DNA of 64,000 nucleotides from Octopus sinensis (GCF_006345805.1 NC_042997.1:55924001-55988000); one strand, 5' to 3'. Counted from the stretch's first letter, positions 27,201 to 40,126 are shown. Notes: generated by a model not told the origin, from the sequence alone. Numbers and translations: made by a program.

Positions 27201-29094
27201 ATATAATATATATATATATTAGTATAAACTTATCTCACACCCCTTCACCAACCCCCAATAAGCACTCGAAATATTTATGAAATTATATATTTAATGTCTG
27301 GTCGATGAGGAAATGAGAATTGATCACCTATATGCTTTTCATGGTGGAATTGGTGAAATGAGGTAAAGAAATATAATGGTGTCACCTGAGAATCGAAACT
27401 AAAAACTTGAGTCAGCTTGTAGAGAAATTCACATTGTACAATGCTGTCTCCTTATAACTAAGGTTACATGTCACTGACTTCTCGACTGACACGCCAGCTG
27501 TTACACTTTAACTGTCAGTCAAGAAGATTTCCTATGCAACATAGACTTTTTATTATCGCTTCGTTTTCACCAAATATTCATTATTTTCCTGATTTTAAAT
27601 TCTTCCTAAAAAAAAGCACCAAAAATATCACAATCTCATATGCATCGTTTATGTTTTGTTTCATTCTGACAAGTTTATACATCTTACATATATCGTCTGC
27701 CTTTTCTTTTACTGTAGTGGGCTTGTAAACCACTTCTACATTTGTCATTTGCGTGTTGTGAGTTTTTTTGTTTTTTTTAAATAAAAGATGCTTTTTTTTT
27801 TCTCGAGATATTTTTCTTATCTAACGAAGAAAGCATGTTTCACATATCCTGAAGAATTTTCCTCCATCAAATTAAACTTGGTTCTATGTTTTTGAAATTT
27901 TTTTTCTGAACTTTCCTCGTTTCCTTTATCGTATTTACTTTTCGTAAAGAGAACTTTCAACTTGAGAACATTTTCTCGAGTTGTCTTCAAGAGTAATAAA
28001 ATTTCAGATTGCTATCATTTTCGCTTCTTTTGATGATACAAAAGTAGCGAGTGTAGAGATTGTCATGCCTTTCCAACCGACATAAATGGACATTGGATGT
28101 AAGTAAAATTGGCTAAAAATGGATTCAGCTGAGAATCGAACCTGGTATGGAAAATTAGCGTGCTGGTTGCTTACTTCCTACGTGAAGATGCTCGTCCAAT
28201 AGTATAGCTATCAAACAGGTATATTCTGATTAGGAACAAAGACCTCATATTTCAGTGAAGTCAAACGACGTCAGATGGGGATAGAAATAAATGATATATA
28301 TCACTTTATCCTTATCATTGATATAGTGAGAGTAATCGAATTAGACAGTATTAGAACTTGAACCTATCATTTCCAAAGACTTTATCGTTGCGAGAACGTT
28401 AAAAACTATATTTGTTATGTTCAGTTTATGATTCTTTACCATAGAATTATGTCGAGAAGAACAAGAAAGTTTACAAAAACTTACTATTATTATCAAAACC
28501 TTTACCGCCACTAGCTCTATCGCCATCACCACCGTTATCTTTATTTCTATTTTTACCACCACTACCACCACCGCTGACGACAATATTTCCACCAACAATA
28601 TCCCCACCGCTGCCTTCTCTGCCATCAAAATCATTATAACAATCGTATTCGTAACAAACAGCCACAAGATACCCTCAATAAAATGTGTTTGCAATAAAGA
28701 TGAGCCTGTGATACTCGGAGCGCTCTTGAATATTGAAAGTACCTGGAAATGTCTTATGAGCAGTCGTTTATTGTCCTCGAGGTATACATTTGCATACTTT
28801 ACGACCACTTTATGGGATTCTTGTAGGTATTAACAGTTTTAGAACAAAGCTTAAAATATACCGGAAACTTACATAAAAGTGGCTATTTTATAAGGACGAA
28901 CACATAATTCCTTTATGAACAGCTAAACAGTGAAAAGCACTAGTCAAGGGAAGAACTAAATATTAACAAAGAATCGAAAGTTAGATAATTTATTTTAGAT
29001 AAGGGAATTAAACAGAAGCATTCTGAGTTGCATTTGAAAATGAAAGCTACTCGTTATGTTGTCAGCTTCTCAAAATACATGGGAAATTCATTTG

Positions 29095-29140
<46 letters not shown>

Positions 29141-29528
29141 TTCTTGCATAAATTACATTGGTCTCCAGTAATTAAGAAAGTCAATTCAAATCACTGAACC
29201 CATTTAAGAGAATCCCTTCGACACATATAACCATGATTAATCACAAGAAAAAAAACCTGAAGTCTCTGAAGAAATAAAAGAAAATTAGAAGCGGCTACTA
29301 TTTTTGATAATTACGACACATTTTTTCACTTAACCATTGAACACATTTATAAACTAAAACCGTTAAGAAATCACACATTCCCTTAAACCTAACTTTTATT
29401 ATTCAAAATTAGTACTGACTATAGCTATAAAATATATCTTGGTATTCTTCACTTGCTTCTATTTCTATTAAGACTTATTTATTTCACTAATACCAAAACT
29501 ATATTAATTTAACATGTACTAGTTATAT

Positions 29529-29812
29529 GTGGAGGATCGCGGTTTCTATTCTCAGACCAGGCGTTGTGTGTGTTTATTGAGCGAAAACACTTAAAGCTCC
29601 ACAAGGCTCCGGGCAGAGGGTGGTGGCGACCCCTGTTGTACTCTTTCGCCCCAACTTTCTCTCACTCTCTCTTCCTGTTCCTTGAGTAACGCTGCGATGG
29701 ACTGGCGTCCCGTCCAGCTGGTGGGGGGGGGGGACACATACGCCACAGAAACCGAAAAACCGTGCCCATAAGCCTGGCTAGGCTTGAAAAGGGCGCATAA
29801 ATAAATAAATGA
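29529..29812 (+). mobile_element. SINE family C (tail type 2), A-box deleted
   Basis: Family C head/core followed by GCTGCGATGGACTGGCGTCCCGTCCAG...AAATAAATAAAT. Confidence 0.85.
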
Positions 29813-30776
29813 ATTATATCTCTGTCAGATATACGCGAGTTGTTTTAGACAACTCAAAGCCTTCTCTACATTGTGGGTGCATTCTATACATAGTAGATGA
29901 ATTAGCTAGTATGGACAAATGGTAGGGCTGGATTTGTAAAAGTTAAATGTAGGAAAGGAAAATAAACTAGTAATTAAAACATTTAGATTTTAACATATTT
30001 CAAAATATAAAAGAAACTCAATATTTCTGAATAAAATTTCAAATAGCCTGAATACTGTAAGTCATCCGTAGCAAAGTTTAAGAAAAGCTGTGGTTAAGAA
30101 GATCACTTTGAACAGTCACATGGTTCCAGTTTCGATACTACTGCGTGACACCTTACGCCAGTGTCTTCTACCAACCTTGGTTGACCAATGCTTTGACCAA
30201 TGAAATTCGGCAGGCAGAAACTGTTCAAAATCTCGCCATACATGTGTTTGTGTATACTGGCCTAAAGAAGTATTTGTGCCTTCTATTTAGGTTCGTAAAG
30301 TGAGGTAACTATCTAAAGGTACGTAATTTTGGTGAACTCAACCATTCGATAAAGTTCGATAAATTATATGTAGCATATTAATTACTGAGGTTACATACAC
30401 ACACATTTGCGTCTGCGTGTATGTGTGTGTACATATACATACGTACACACACCCACCACACACAAACACACACAAATGTGTGTGTATGACAGGCTTCTTT
30501 CAGTTTCCGTCTACCAAATCCACACAAAAGGTTTTGGTCGGCCCGAGGTTAAAGTGGAAGACACTTGCCTAAGATGCCTTGCACTGGGACTGAACGCGGC
30601 ACCAAGTGTTTGGAAGCAGACATCATAAAAATTTTATAGACTTTAGAGAGGACGAGAACCAATTCTCTTTGGAATATCTCCTAGCTCACTCATAAAGCTA
30701 AAAGTAATTGCATGAAAATATAGGGCTGAAAATCCCCATATCAACATACTTTTCCAACCATGTATTTACATGCTAT

Positions 30777-30815
<39 letters not shown>

Positions 30816-31376
30816 AAACACACACACACAAACACACACACACCCGCCTAAGACTGTAGGTTATGATTTGAGAGTGATTTACCACTATTTTATGCAAATC
30901 GTACAACCGTCTCCTAAATGTAACATTAAAGAGATAAGTAGACTACACTTCCAAAGCAGCGAAATCGACGGCAGCAGTTCAAGAGGAGCAACTGTTGCAG
31001 GTGGTAACATGCCGCAAAAAGGGCCCAGACGCAGACAAGTTCGATGGTACGGCGTTGCGTAATGGTCTCTTCGACCTCTTTGGAGACCGTTTACAGACTA
31101 ATACAAGATCAGTTGTCTTGATTTTATCATACCACAGATCATTTTGTATGAGAACGAGAGAGTGAATCTGATATGCACGCAGCTCCTTCGCACCTTTAAA
31201 ACAAAAACTTGTTGTAGTCTAGAATCTGTGCCTTGCAGAAAAGACTTTGTAGCACACGATTACCATCCAAGTAAGGATGAAACAGGCTCGCTGTTGCGAT
31301 TGGAGTATTCCGCACTTTTGTGACAAAGAAATATGCCACTTCTGTAGTTGCATTGCGCAAAGTAGGTGCGGTTTCT

Positions 31377-31444
<68 letters not shown>

Positions 31445-31477
31445 ACTCTCTCTCTCCCTCTCTCGTTTTATTCATAA

Positions 31478-31847
31478 CTAGCAGTATCGCCCGGCGTTGC
31501 TCGGGTTTGTAAGGGAAATAACTTTATAAGCATTTTAGAGATGTAAAGTATAATAGCCATCTCAATATGGCTAACAACAAAGGGGGGCTGTTACTGTAGC
31601 TTTTTAGGTTCTGAGATTTAATAATAAATTTTTAGAGAGTTACTTCCCTTATATATGCCAAAAATGCATTAAAAATGGGGAAAATTGATGGTAATTTTTT
31701 TTTTAATCGTAGACTCATCATAGACGCGTGCTAATACCCAGAAGGGCTCGATATGAATCACGACTATAAGATACCCGGTTTTGGTTAAACTGCACCGCAA
31801 AATGTGGGAGTAGTTAGGAATCTAAACCTCTCTTTTATATATAAAGA
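31478..31847 (-). mobile_element. Complete non-autonomous Helitron, 370 bp
   Basis: Minus strand A|TCTTTATATATAAAAG...CCCGAGCAACGCCGGGCGATACTGCTAG|T: 5' TC, 3' CTAG, subterminal hairpin, AT target, no TSD. Confidence 0.88.
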
Positions 31848-32708
31848 TTTTGTAGGTAGTTTCCAGGTCCTCGTTAAATTTTAAAGGCGAACTATGTGTG
31901 TGTACGACAGAGAAAGAGAGAGAGAGTGTGTGTGTGTGAGTGTGTGTGTGTGTGGTGTGTGTGTGTGTGTGTGTGCGTGCGTGCGTGCGTGAATGTGTAT
32001 GTGTGTACGTGCGTGGTGGCGCGCGTGTATGAATATTTGTATGTGTATGTATATGCAGTACATTTATACATATTTATACACGTATCTTTGAGTATATATG
32101 TATATTTGCCCTTTGGTCAAGAAAGAAAGAGCATGAACCTTTACAAGGCCTGCAGGACTAGTGAGAGGAGGACTAGGGAAGGAAAATATCCTCAACTGAA
32201 ATTCTGATCTGAATGTTTACAACGAAGAGAAACCCTTCTTCTGAAGGCATCTTGGAGAGGGTGATGATGTTAAATTGGGTGACAGATTAAGTTTACTACC
32301 CAGGATCATATGTGTGTTCGTTTGTGTGTATGTGTATATGCATGTGCTTATGTTTGACCGAGTACATGCGCACGCGCATGTATGTGTGCGTGTTTGTGTA
32401 TGCATTGGAAAGTAATGTGTGGTAGAAATAGCAGCCACATCTTCTTCAAGATTTGGTGGTTATTTCTATCCGGTCCAACCCAGCTGATGAAATGCCATCC
32501 CCGATCGCACATCCTTCTGAAAGGCATTCTGACTGAATATACAGCCCCTGTTTCATGCATAGAGTATACCGGGAACCAAATCATCTAGTTATTGCTATTC
32601 TAGCTCCCTGCGGCGACATAACAACTCCATGACATAGCGCTGCGGGCTTGACTTTAACGGGACTGACTTTACTCAGGCTATTAGTTTGTGTTAATGTAGT
32701 TGCCGTTG

Positions 32709-33218
32709 TCTTCTTCTTCTTCTTCTTCTTCTTCTTCCAATCAGGACTCACGCCATTTGCCACAAAGAATAATCTCTAATTTGAGCCTGCTCTAAGCTAC
32801 TAAGAATGCGTGTGGCTACTTGAAGATCCGCCCACCACACGCGATAGACTGGCGGTTGCACGGGCGCGAAGGCTACGTTGTTATCCTTATCCCGTAAACG
32901 GTGGCTTTTAATGGGTGGAGAGCTGAACCATCCTGGGATACAGAGGATTCGCAATCCAGACTAGGGTCTGAAAGTTTACCACACCATAGTGGGTTACACC
33001 ATGGTTCCTCTGCTTTGTGGCAAAAGTAGGAAGAAAGAGTGAGAGAAAGTTGTGGAGAAAGAGTACAACAGGGTTCACCACCACCCCGCGTCGGAGCCTC
33101 GTGGAGCTTAGGTGTTTTATTACTCAATAAACACTCACAATGCCCGGACCGGGAATCGAAACCACGTTCTCACGACCGTGAGTCCGCTGCCCTAACTACT
33201 GGGACATTGCGCCTCCAC
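32709..33218 (-). mobile_element. SINE family C (tail type 4) with long structured tail and (GAA)n end
   Basis: Family C head at 33218 (-), a unique ~280-nt tail, then GAA repeats. Confidence 0.8.
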
Positions 33219-33292
33219 TAGTTGCTGTTATTGTTGCTGCAGGCTGAACTGTTGATGTGTTGATCGTTGTTAATATTGTTATTGATACTGAA

Positions 33293-33890
33293 GGCGGTGA
33301 ACTGGCAGAAACGTTAGCACGCCGGGCGAAATGCGTAGCCGTATTTCGTCTGCCGTTACGTTCTAAGTTCAAATCCCGCCGAGGTCGACTTTGCTTTTCA
33401 TCCTTTCGGGATCGATTAAATAAGTACCAGTCACGCACTGGGGTCGATATAATCAACTTAATCCGTTTGTCTGTCCTTGTTTGTCCTCTCTGTGTTTAAT
33501 CCCTTGTTAGTAGTAAAGAAATAAGTATTTCGTCTGCCGCTACGTTCTGAGTTCAAATTCCGCCGAGGTCGACTTTGCCTTTCATCCTTTCGGGGTCGAT
33601 TAAATAAGTACCAGTTATGAACTGGGGTCGATATAATCGACTTAAATCGTTTGTCTGTCCTTGTTTGTCCCCTCTATGTTTAGCCCCTTGTGGGCAATAA
33701 AGAAATAAGAATCGATAGCATAGCATTTCGTCCGTCTTCACTTTCTGAATTCAAATTCCGCCGAAGCCGACTTCGTCTTTCATCCTTTCGGGGTCGATAA
33801 AATAAGTATCAGTTGAGAACTGGGGTCGCTGCAATCGACTTATCTCCTTCCTGAAATTGCTGGCCTTGTGCCATAATTTGAAATCAATAT
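33293..33890 (+). mobile_element. SINE family A head-to-tail trimer
   Basis: Full copy followed by two A-box-less copies starting near GTATTTCGTC. Confidence 0.88.
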
Positions 33891-34183
33891 TGTTATTGAT
33901 ATCGTTGCTTTTATTTTTGTGGTGGTTATTGTCAGTCCTGATTGAATAAACCTATGCTGTCACAAAATGAAAGCTATTACAAACTGAAATCACAATATTA
34001 AGATGGCGAATTTTTCATAAACAAAATGAAAGAAAAACATTACGACTGTGAAAGTTGTAAGGTGTTTTGAAGTTTTAATGAATAAAGTCACATGAAACGG
34101 TTGAACAGCCATGTAAATGATTTAAAAAGGGGAAAATCCTAAACGAAATTATTTTGTGAAATATTACAAAACAAACTGTACAT

Positions 34184-34347
34184 TAGGGTTTAGGGTTAGT
34201 GATGGGGTTTAGGGTCAGAATTAGGGTTTAGAGTTCAGGGTTAGTGTTAATGTTTAAGGTTAGGATTTAGGAGTAGAATTAGAATTAGAATTTAGAGTTG
34301 AGGTTTAATGTTAGTGTTAGGGTTAAGGATTTGGGTTTAGAGTCAGT
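34184..34347 (+). repeat. Degenerate TTAGGG-like tract
   Basis: TTAGGGTTTAGGGTTAG...GTTAGGGTTAAGG variants. Confidence 0.75.
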
Positions 34348-34924
34348 CCGACCAGTGGATGATCCAGAGTTAATCAATTAGCAACATATTTTTAGTGAAC
34401 ATTTAAAATTTTTTTCTAGTACAAGTGAATGACAAACAGAATCAGATTGAGCGTGAAAAATTAAATCAATATACCAAATTTGAAATTTTTCACTTAATTT
34501 TATAATTCCAAAAGCTGTGACAGCAACAGAAAAGACCCATAAAGTTTTCTGTCTGATAAAATAATGCAAAATATACGGCTGAACAGGCATGTAAACAATT
34601 TAAAAAGGAAAAATTCACGATAATTTCTGATCTAATTGTAGGTGTCTAATGCATTGTTCTTATATTTTAAAAGACGATAATGATGCAGTATGAGAGACTT
34701 CACTATTATCTCAAGCAAGTCAACACATCATTGGAGGAGTGTTTCTCAAACCTTTTCAATAAATAAATACAAGGAAAAATATGCATCTCTCCATGAATGG
34801 ACAAAGTATATAAGTATATTGCACATTCGTTCGCATAGATACACACACTCACACACACACACACACACATACGGACGCACACACACACACACACACATAC
34901 ACACATACATACACATACATACAA

Positions 34925-35130
34925 GGTGAACTGGCAAAATTTTTATCACGTTGGGCAACCTTCTTGGTGGAAATTCGTCGGTCTTTACGCCCTGAGTTCA
35001 AATGCTGCCGAGGTCGACTTTTCCTTTCATCCTTTCGGATTCGATAAAATAAGAACCAGTTGAATATTGGGGGTGATGTAATCGACTTACCCCTTACCCC
35101 GGAATTGCAGGCCTTGTGCTGAAATTTGGG
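34925..35130 (+). mobile_element. SINE family A, diverged
   Basis: GAGTTCAAATGCTGCCGAGGTCGAC core. Confidence 0.8.
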
Positions 35131-35147
35131 ATCGATATATATATATT

Positions 35148-35565
35148 GTTACTCTTTTATTTCTTTCAGTCATTTGACTACGGCCTTGTTGGAGCACCGC
35201 CTTAAACCGTTTTAGTCGAACAAATTGACACTTAGGACTTATTTTTTTGAAGTCTAGTACTTATTCTATCGGTCTCTTTTGCCGAACCGCTAATACACCA
35301 ACACCTGTTGAAAGAGGTGATGGGAGGATAAACACAGATACAAAGACACATATACATACACACACACTCATATATGTATATAAATATATATATATATACA
35401 CACACACACAAACGACGAGCTTCTTTCAGTTTCCGTCTACCAATGCAATCACAAGGCTTTGGTCGGCACGAGGCTATAGTAGAAGACACTTGTCCAAAAT
35501 ACCACGCAGTGGGACTCAACTCGGTACCTTGGGGTTAGGAAGCAAGCTTCTTACCACACAACCAA
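35148..35565 (-). mobile_element. SINE family B
   Basis: Reverse complement of the family B sequence at 58116-58529. Confidence 0.88.
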
Positions 35566-35639
35566 TATTAAAAATTGAATTTAAACAAATTAAAGCTGTA
35601 TACATACCAAATGGCGAATAGTAGGTATCTATGAAAAAA

Positions 35640-35935
35640 CTTCCATTCTATCAATGTGCTATTGGAACAGCAACACAAATTAGATTAGACAAGGGAACAT
35701 TCTTCATTGAAAAATATAAACCAAAACTTAACCATTCTAACATTTTTATACAAGGAAACTCATCTCATTGAAAAAAAGAAAAAATATAAAGCGATTATCT
35801 CACTTATACCGGAAGAAATCCCTGATTTTTTTCCCCTGCCTGGAACTCCTAACTTCATAACGAAGACTGGACACGATGTAAGGAAAGAAATTTAAGAAAT
35901 TTGAAAAGAATATACGAAACCGGTTATTTCTCCAA
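35640..35935 (+). mobile_element. PLE 3' fragment: GIY-YIG C-terminus plus terminal region
   Basis: LPFYQC...QIRLDKGTFFIEKYKPKLN at 35640-35732, the typical end of a PLE ORF. Confidence 0.75.
35895..35931 (+). ncRNA. Minimal hammerhead motif, U3-A8 core
   Basis: AGAAAU-UUGAAAA-GAAUAUAC-GAA-ACCGGU-U/AUUUCU: perfect 6-bp helix I, palindromic helix III, vestigial helix II. Confidence 0.6.
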
Positions 35936-36087
35936 AAACTATGTTACTATACACAAAATTTTCTAACATTTTTCTAACATAACGACTTAAATATATTCTT
36001 TAACCTTATAACACAAGCCTTGTGTAGTTTTTTCACTTTTTTATTTTTTATACATCCAAACACGTGCTTTCACACACCAATCTCTCG

Positions 36088-36134
<47 letters not shown>

Positions 36135-36920
36135 TACAGAAAACCAAAGAGGTATTTATGTTAGTCGTGTCCCACAGGTTTCCTATACCTAAGCCTACTT
36201 TCTCCTATTGCCAAACTTAAATGCTACTCACTTCATACTTTTGAGTATAGTATCGATAGCAATTATTTACTTTAGCTTTACATTTAATAAACAGCAATAA
36301 TTGAGAAATTGCTATGAAAGAAACCAAGCGTATGAAATTGGCATGATTTTCGTTCGATTTTTTTTTCAATCGAACACATTTCACTACTTCTTTTGATTAT
36401 TTAAACTTGGTTTCTTTTTTTTTTAAGCTATTTATACATTTTTTATAATTTTAACAATTTTAATAATTGAATTGATAAAGGTTTGGATTGTGTCCAAAAG
36501 CAAATATTTGTTTTAATATTATCTCAAGGAGATTAATTTGTAGACGAGGATATAGTCAATTGAATCGATCCTAATGTATACTACGTCCGGTACTTAAATG
36601 ATGGATTCCGAAAGAATGAGTAGCAATGTTAACCCTAGCTAATTTTGAATTCAGAACGCATATAGAGAAAAAACTTAGTATGAATATATGGTGTTCAATT
36701 CCACAGATTCTGTCACTCCATATCTCTTCCGGGTTTAAGTTTTAGTAGAAATATTTCTAAATGAGCCCAAACGCGAAATAGATCCCTAAAATTGATTGTA
36801 TACCATAAAAGGTAAAACGAAGTTAGTCCCCCTCCTCTAGTTTGCATTAAATTTAATGAACATAGTCTGAGTTACATTATTTACATTTGACGGATATTTG
36901 TCCTCATCTTCTTCGTTGTT

Positions 36921-36966
36921 AACACAACGTTTCAGCTGATATACCCTCCAGCCTTCATCAGGTGTC
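36921..36966 (-). ncRNA. Minimal type I hammerhead motif
   Basis: GACAC-CUGAUGA-A-GGCUG(GAGGGUAUAU)CAGCU-GAA-ACGU-U/GUGUU. Confidence 0.8.
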
Positions 36967-37020
36967 TTGGGGAAATTTTGAACCTGGGTTCTCATTCCTA
37001 TGGTATTTTTCAATGGTATT

Positions 37021-37115
37021 ATTATTATTATTATTAAGGTCACTGCCTGGAATCGAACTCGGAATCTTGAGGTTAGTAGCCGGCGCTCTTAACCACTACA
37101 CCATATGCTCGTGAG
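37021..37115 (-). mobile_element. Short tRNA-derived SINE with (AAT)n tail
   Basis: GCATATGGTGTAGTGGTTAAGAGC...GAGTTCGATTCC A/B boxes on the minus strand. Confidence 0.75.
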
Positions 37116-38079
37116 CAATTATGGAGTGAATTTTTAGGGGTTACAAATCTAATATTTTCCTATCCTTCCTTAATACCGGTTCCCATATGCTATTCATATC
37201 TGCACTCGGTCTGCTTAGGAGGTTGTTGTGTCCTAGCATATATGCTGCTTGTTTTAGCTTTCGTATTTTCCAGTGGTATTCTCTTTCTATTATTTTAACT
37301 TCATCCCACGGGGGGGGGGAGTAGTCTTTGTTTTTCCATACATGATCAGCTATACCCGATTTATCAATATCTCCTCGTGTCACAGCTTTGCGATGTTCCT
37401 CTGCCCTTATTTTGAGGGGGCGGCCTGTTTCGCCTTTCTATAAATTACCACAGGTGCGTGGGATGGAGTGCACGCAGTTTTTGGTCATGTTCTCTTCTAT
37501 TGGTGGTTTTACCCGAAGGAGATATTTGCGAAGTGTATTACTCTTGAATACTGTCCTGAAGCGATCCTCAGCTGCATAAAGACATAGAATTAAATTAAAT
37601 AAAAACAAACGGGCACATAAGTATAATTTTACCTAAAACCTCCAAGAAGGTAAGGAGATAGACAAAGAACATGTTGTCTTCACTTCAGCTTAGAAACAGC
37701 TGAGGATTGCTCTGCAGTTAAATTAATGTAATGATTGCATTGTTCAATTAAATGGAATTGCTTGAAACGATCGTACTGTATTACCTCTGGATATCTTTGA
37801 CGCTTATTTTGATTTTATGTGTGTGTGTATGTATATATGTATGTATGCATGTATGTATGTATATATGTATGCATGCATGCATGCGTGTATGTATGTATGT
37901 GTATGTATGTATGTATGTGTATGTATGTATGTATGTATGCATGTACGGCTGCGTAGTAAGAAGCTTGCTTCCCAGCTACATGGTTCCTGGCTCAGTCCTA
38001 CTACAGGGACCTTGGACAAGATCTTCTACTTAGGCCGACTAAAGCCTTGTAAGTGGACTTGGTTGACAGAAATTGAAGG

Positions 38080-38500
38080 CAGTGAGCTGGCAGAAACGTT
38101 AGCACGCCGGACGAATTGCGTATCCGTATTTCCTCTGCCGTTACGTTCTGAGTTCAAATTCCGCCGAAGTCGACTTTGCCTTTCATCCTTTCGGGGTCGA
38201 TTAAATAAGTACCAGTTACGCACTGGGGTCGATGTAATCGACTTAATACCTATGTCTGTCCTTGTTTGTCCCCTCTGTGTTTAGCCCCTTGTGGGTAATA
38301 AAGAAATAGAAATAGGTATTTCGTCTGCCCTTACGTTCTGAGTTCAAATTCCGCCGAGGTCGACTTTGCCTTTCATCCTTTCGGGGTCGATTAAATAAGT
38401 ACCAGTTATGCACTGGGGTCGGTATAATCGACTTAATCCGTTTGTCTGTCTTTGTTTGTCCCCTCTGTGTCTAGCCCCTAGTGGGTAGTAAAGAAATAAG
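38080..38500 (+). mobile_element. SINE family A dimer
   Basis: Full copy plus a second copy restarting at GTATTTCGTCTGCC. Confidence 0.88.
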
Positions 38501-38518
38501 AAATTGAAAGAAGTCTTC

Positions 38519-38580
<62 letters not shown>

Positions 38581-38904
38581 CGCGTGCGTTTTTGAGTGTG
38601 CATTTATGCCTGTGTCTGTGTTTGTCCACCTCGCAATCGCTTGACAACCGATGCTAGTGCGTTTATGTATCCGTAAGAAGCTAGTAGTTCGGCAAAAGAG
38701 AATGATAGAATAAGTACTAGGCTTACAAAGAATAAGTTCTGGGGTCGATTTCTTCGCCTAAAACCCCTTAAGGCCGTGCTCCAACATGGCTGCAGTCAAA
38801 TAACTGAAACAAGTAAAAGAATACATACATACATACATACATACATACATACATACATACATACATACATACATACATACATACATACATACATTGGTCT
38901 GTAG

Positions 38905-39301
38905 AGGATGATGAGGCACTCGATGTTAGTTTCCGTGTTGAGTGTGAGGCCTTGTGGGAAGATGGATGGAAACATAATGTCGCTACCATTAGTGATCACT
39001 CCAAGCACCATGATGCTAACTGGATGTTTGATTTTTATCACACTCGATACATGTTTTGGAGACACGGTAAACCAACGGTTGTTCTGTGTGTTCACCATCT
39101 GTTCGTACTGGAGCTATGGGCGCGAATGCCAAGCAGTACAGCACGTCGTTTCCAAATTTCTAGAAGAGCGAATTCTGTTTTTCTCACAGACGGTGCCCAA
39201 CTGACCCTACCATACTGTGTAGTCGACAAAATAAAAAACAAACAACGTGCATGCATGAAATAGAAAATAGAAAATGGCGACAATTTACCCATCGCAGCCC
39301 G
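38905..39301 (-). mobile_element. Tc1/mariner-superfamily (DD37D/maT-like) 5' fragment
   Basis: MVNTQNNRW..SPKHV..VIKIKHPVSIMVLGVIT...FPQGLTLNTE; end sequence GGGCTGCGATGGGTAAATTGTCGCC. Confidence 0.7.
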
Positions 39302-39497
39302 TGTGTGTGTGTGCGTGTGTTTGTGTATGTGTGTGTGTGTGCGTGTGTGTGTGTGCGTGTGTGTGTGCGTGTGCGCGTGTGTGCGCATGTGTGTGTATTA
39401 TACACGCACACATGTGTACATATATACGTAAATTATGATATGCATAATTTGTATTTATATATACACACATGTACATATATGCGTGTGTGTTTAGAGG

Positions 39498-39549
<52 letters not shown>

Positions 39550-40123
39550 AGCGGGTTAAGAAAAATGAAAGGAAGGAAGAATGAAAGAGAATAAGACATA
39601 CATGAACTCGGCAGGGTACATCACATTTCAACTTCATCGAGTGTAAATTACGAAAACAAAATCGATTTGAAATTTACCTAAACCGTATGTTTGTGTATGT
39701 GTGTATGTATGTGTGTGAGTCTCTCTCTCGGTGCGTGTGTGTGAATGTACATGTGTATGTGTGTGCATGTGTCTATATGTGTTAGTGCGTAATAATAATA
39801 ATGATATATGTCATATATATTCGTAGAAATTTGTGAAAGGAATTCCGGTTTTATTTAATAAATTCCTTAATTCGTTATGTTTCTAAGTTTATCTGATTGA
39901 CTGATTTCGATATATTTGTAAGTATAAGTCTTAATGTTGGGGCCTGTTATTAATTTGTGGTATTTATCTGTACACTAATTTGAGGGTTTTTTTTTTTTCT
40001 TTTTTTAGGTTTGGAATTGTTTAGTGATTCGCGGATAGTTTCATTTGATGAAGATAATTTTTAGTTGAGAAGTATATGAGTTACCTTCTTAATTTAAGAA
40101 GAAAAGGTAAATAGTTACATAAA

Positions 40124-40126
40124 TGA

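Larger units (their letters stand above)
36880..37580 (-). mobile_element. PLE GIY-YIG fragment plus 3' terminal repeat (family 3), interrupted by a small SINE
   Basis: TVFKSNTLRKYLLRVKPP...NCVHSIPRTCG...KGETGRP.LKIRAEEH...SGIADHVW...RKLKQAAY. Confidence 0.88.

Noticed and set aside
28341-28808. 155-aa hydrophobic ORF
   Set aside because: Built from ACC/ATC-rich low-complexity sequence; no recognisable domain
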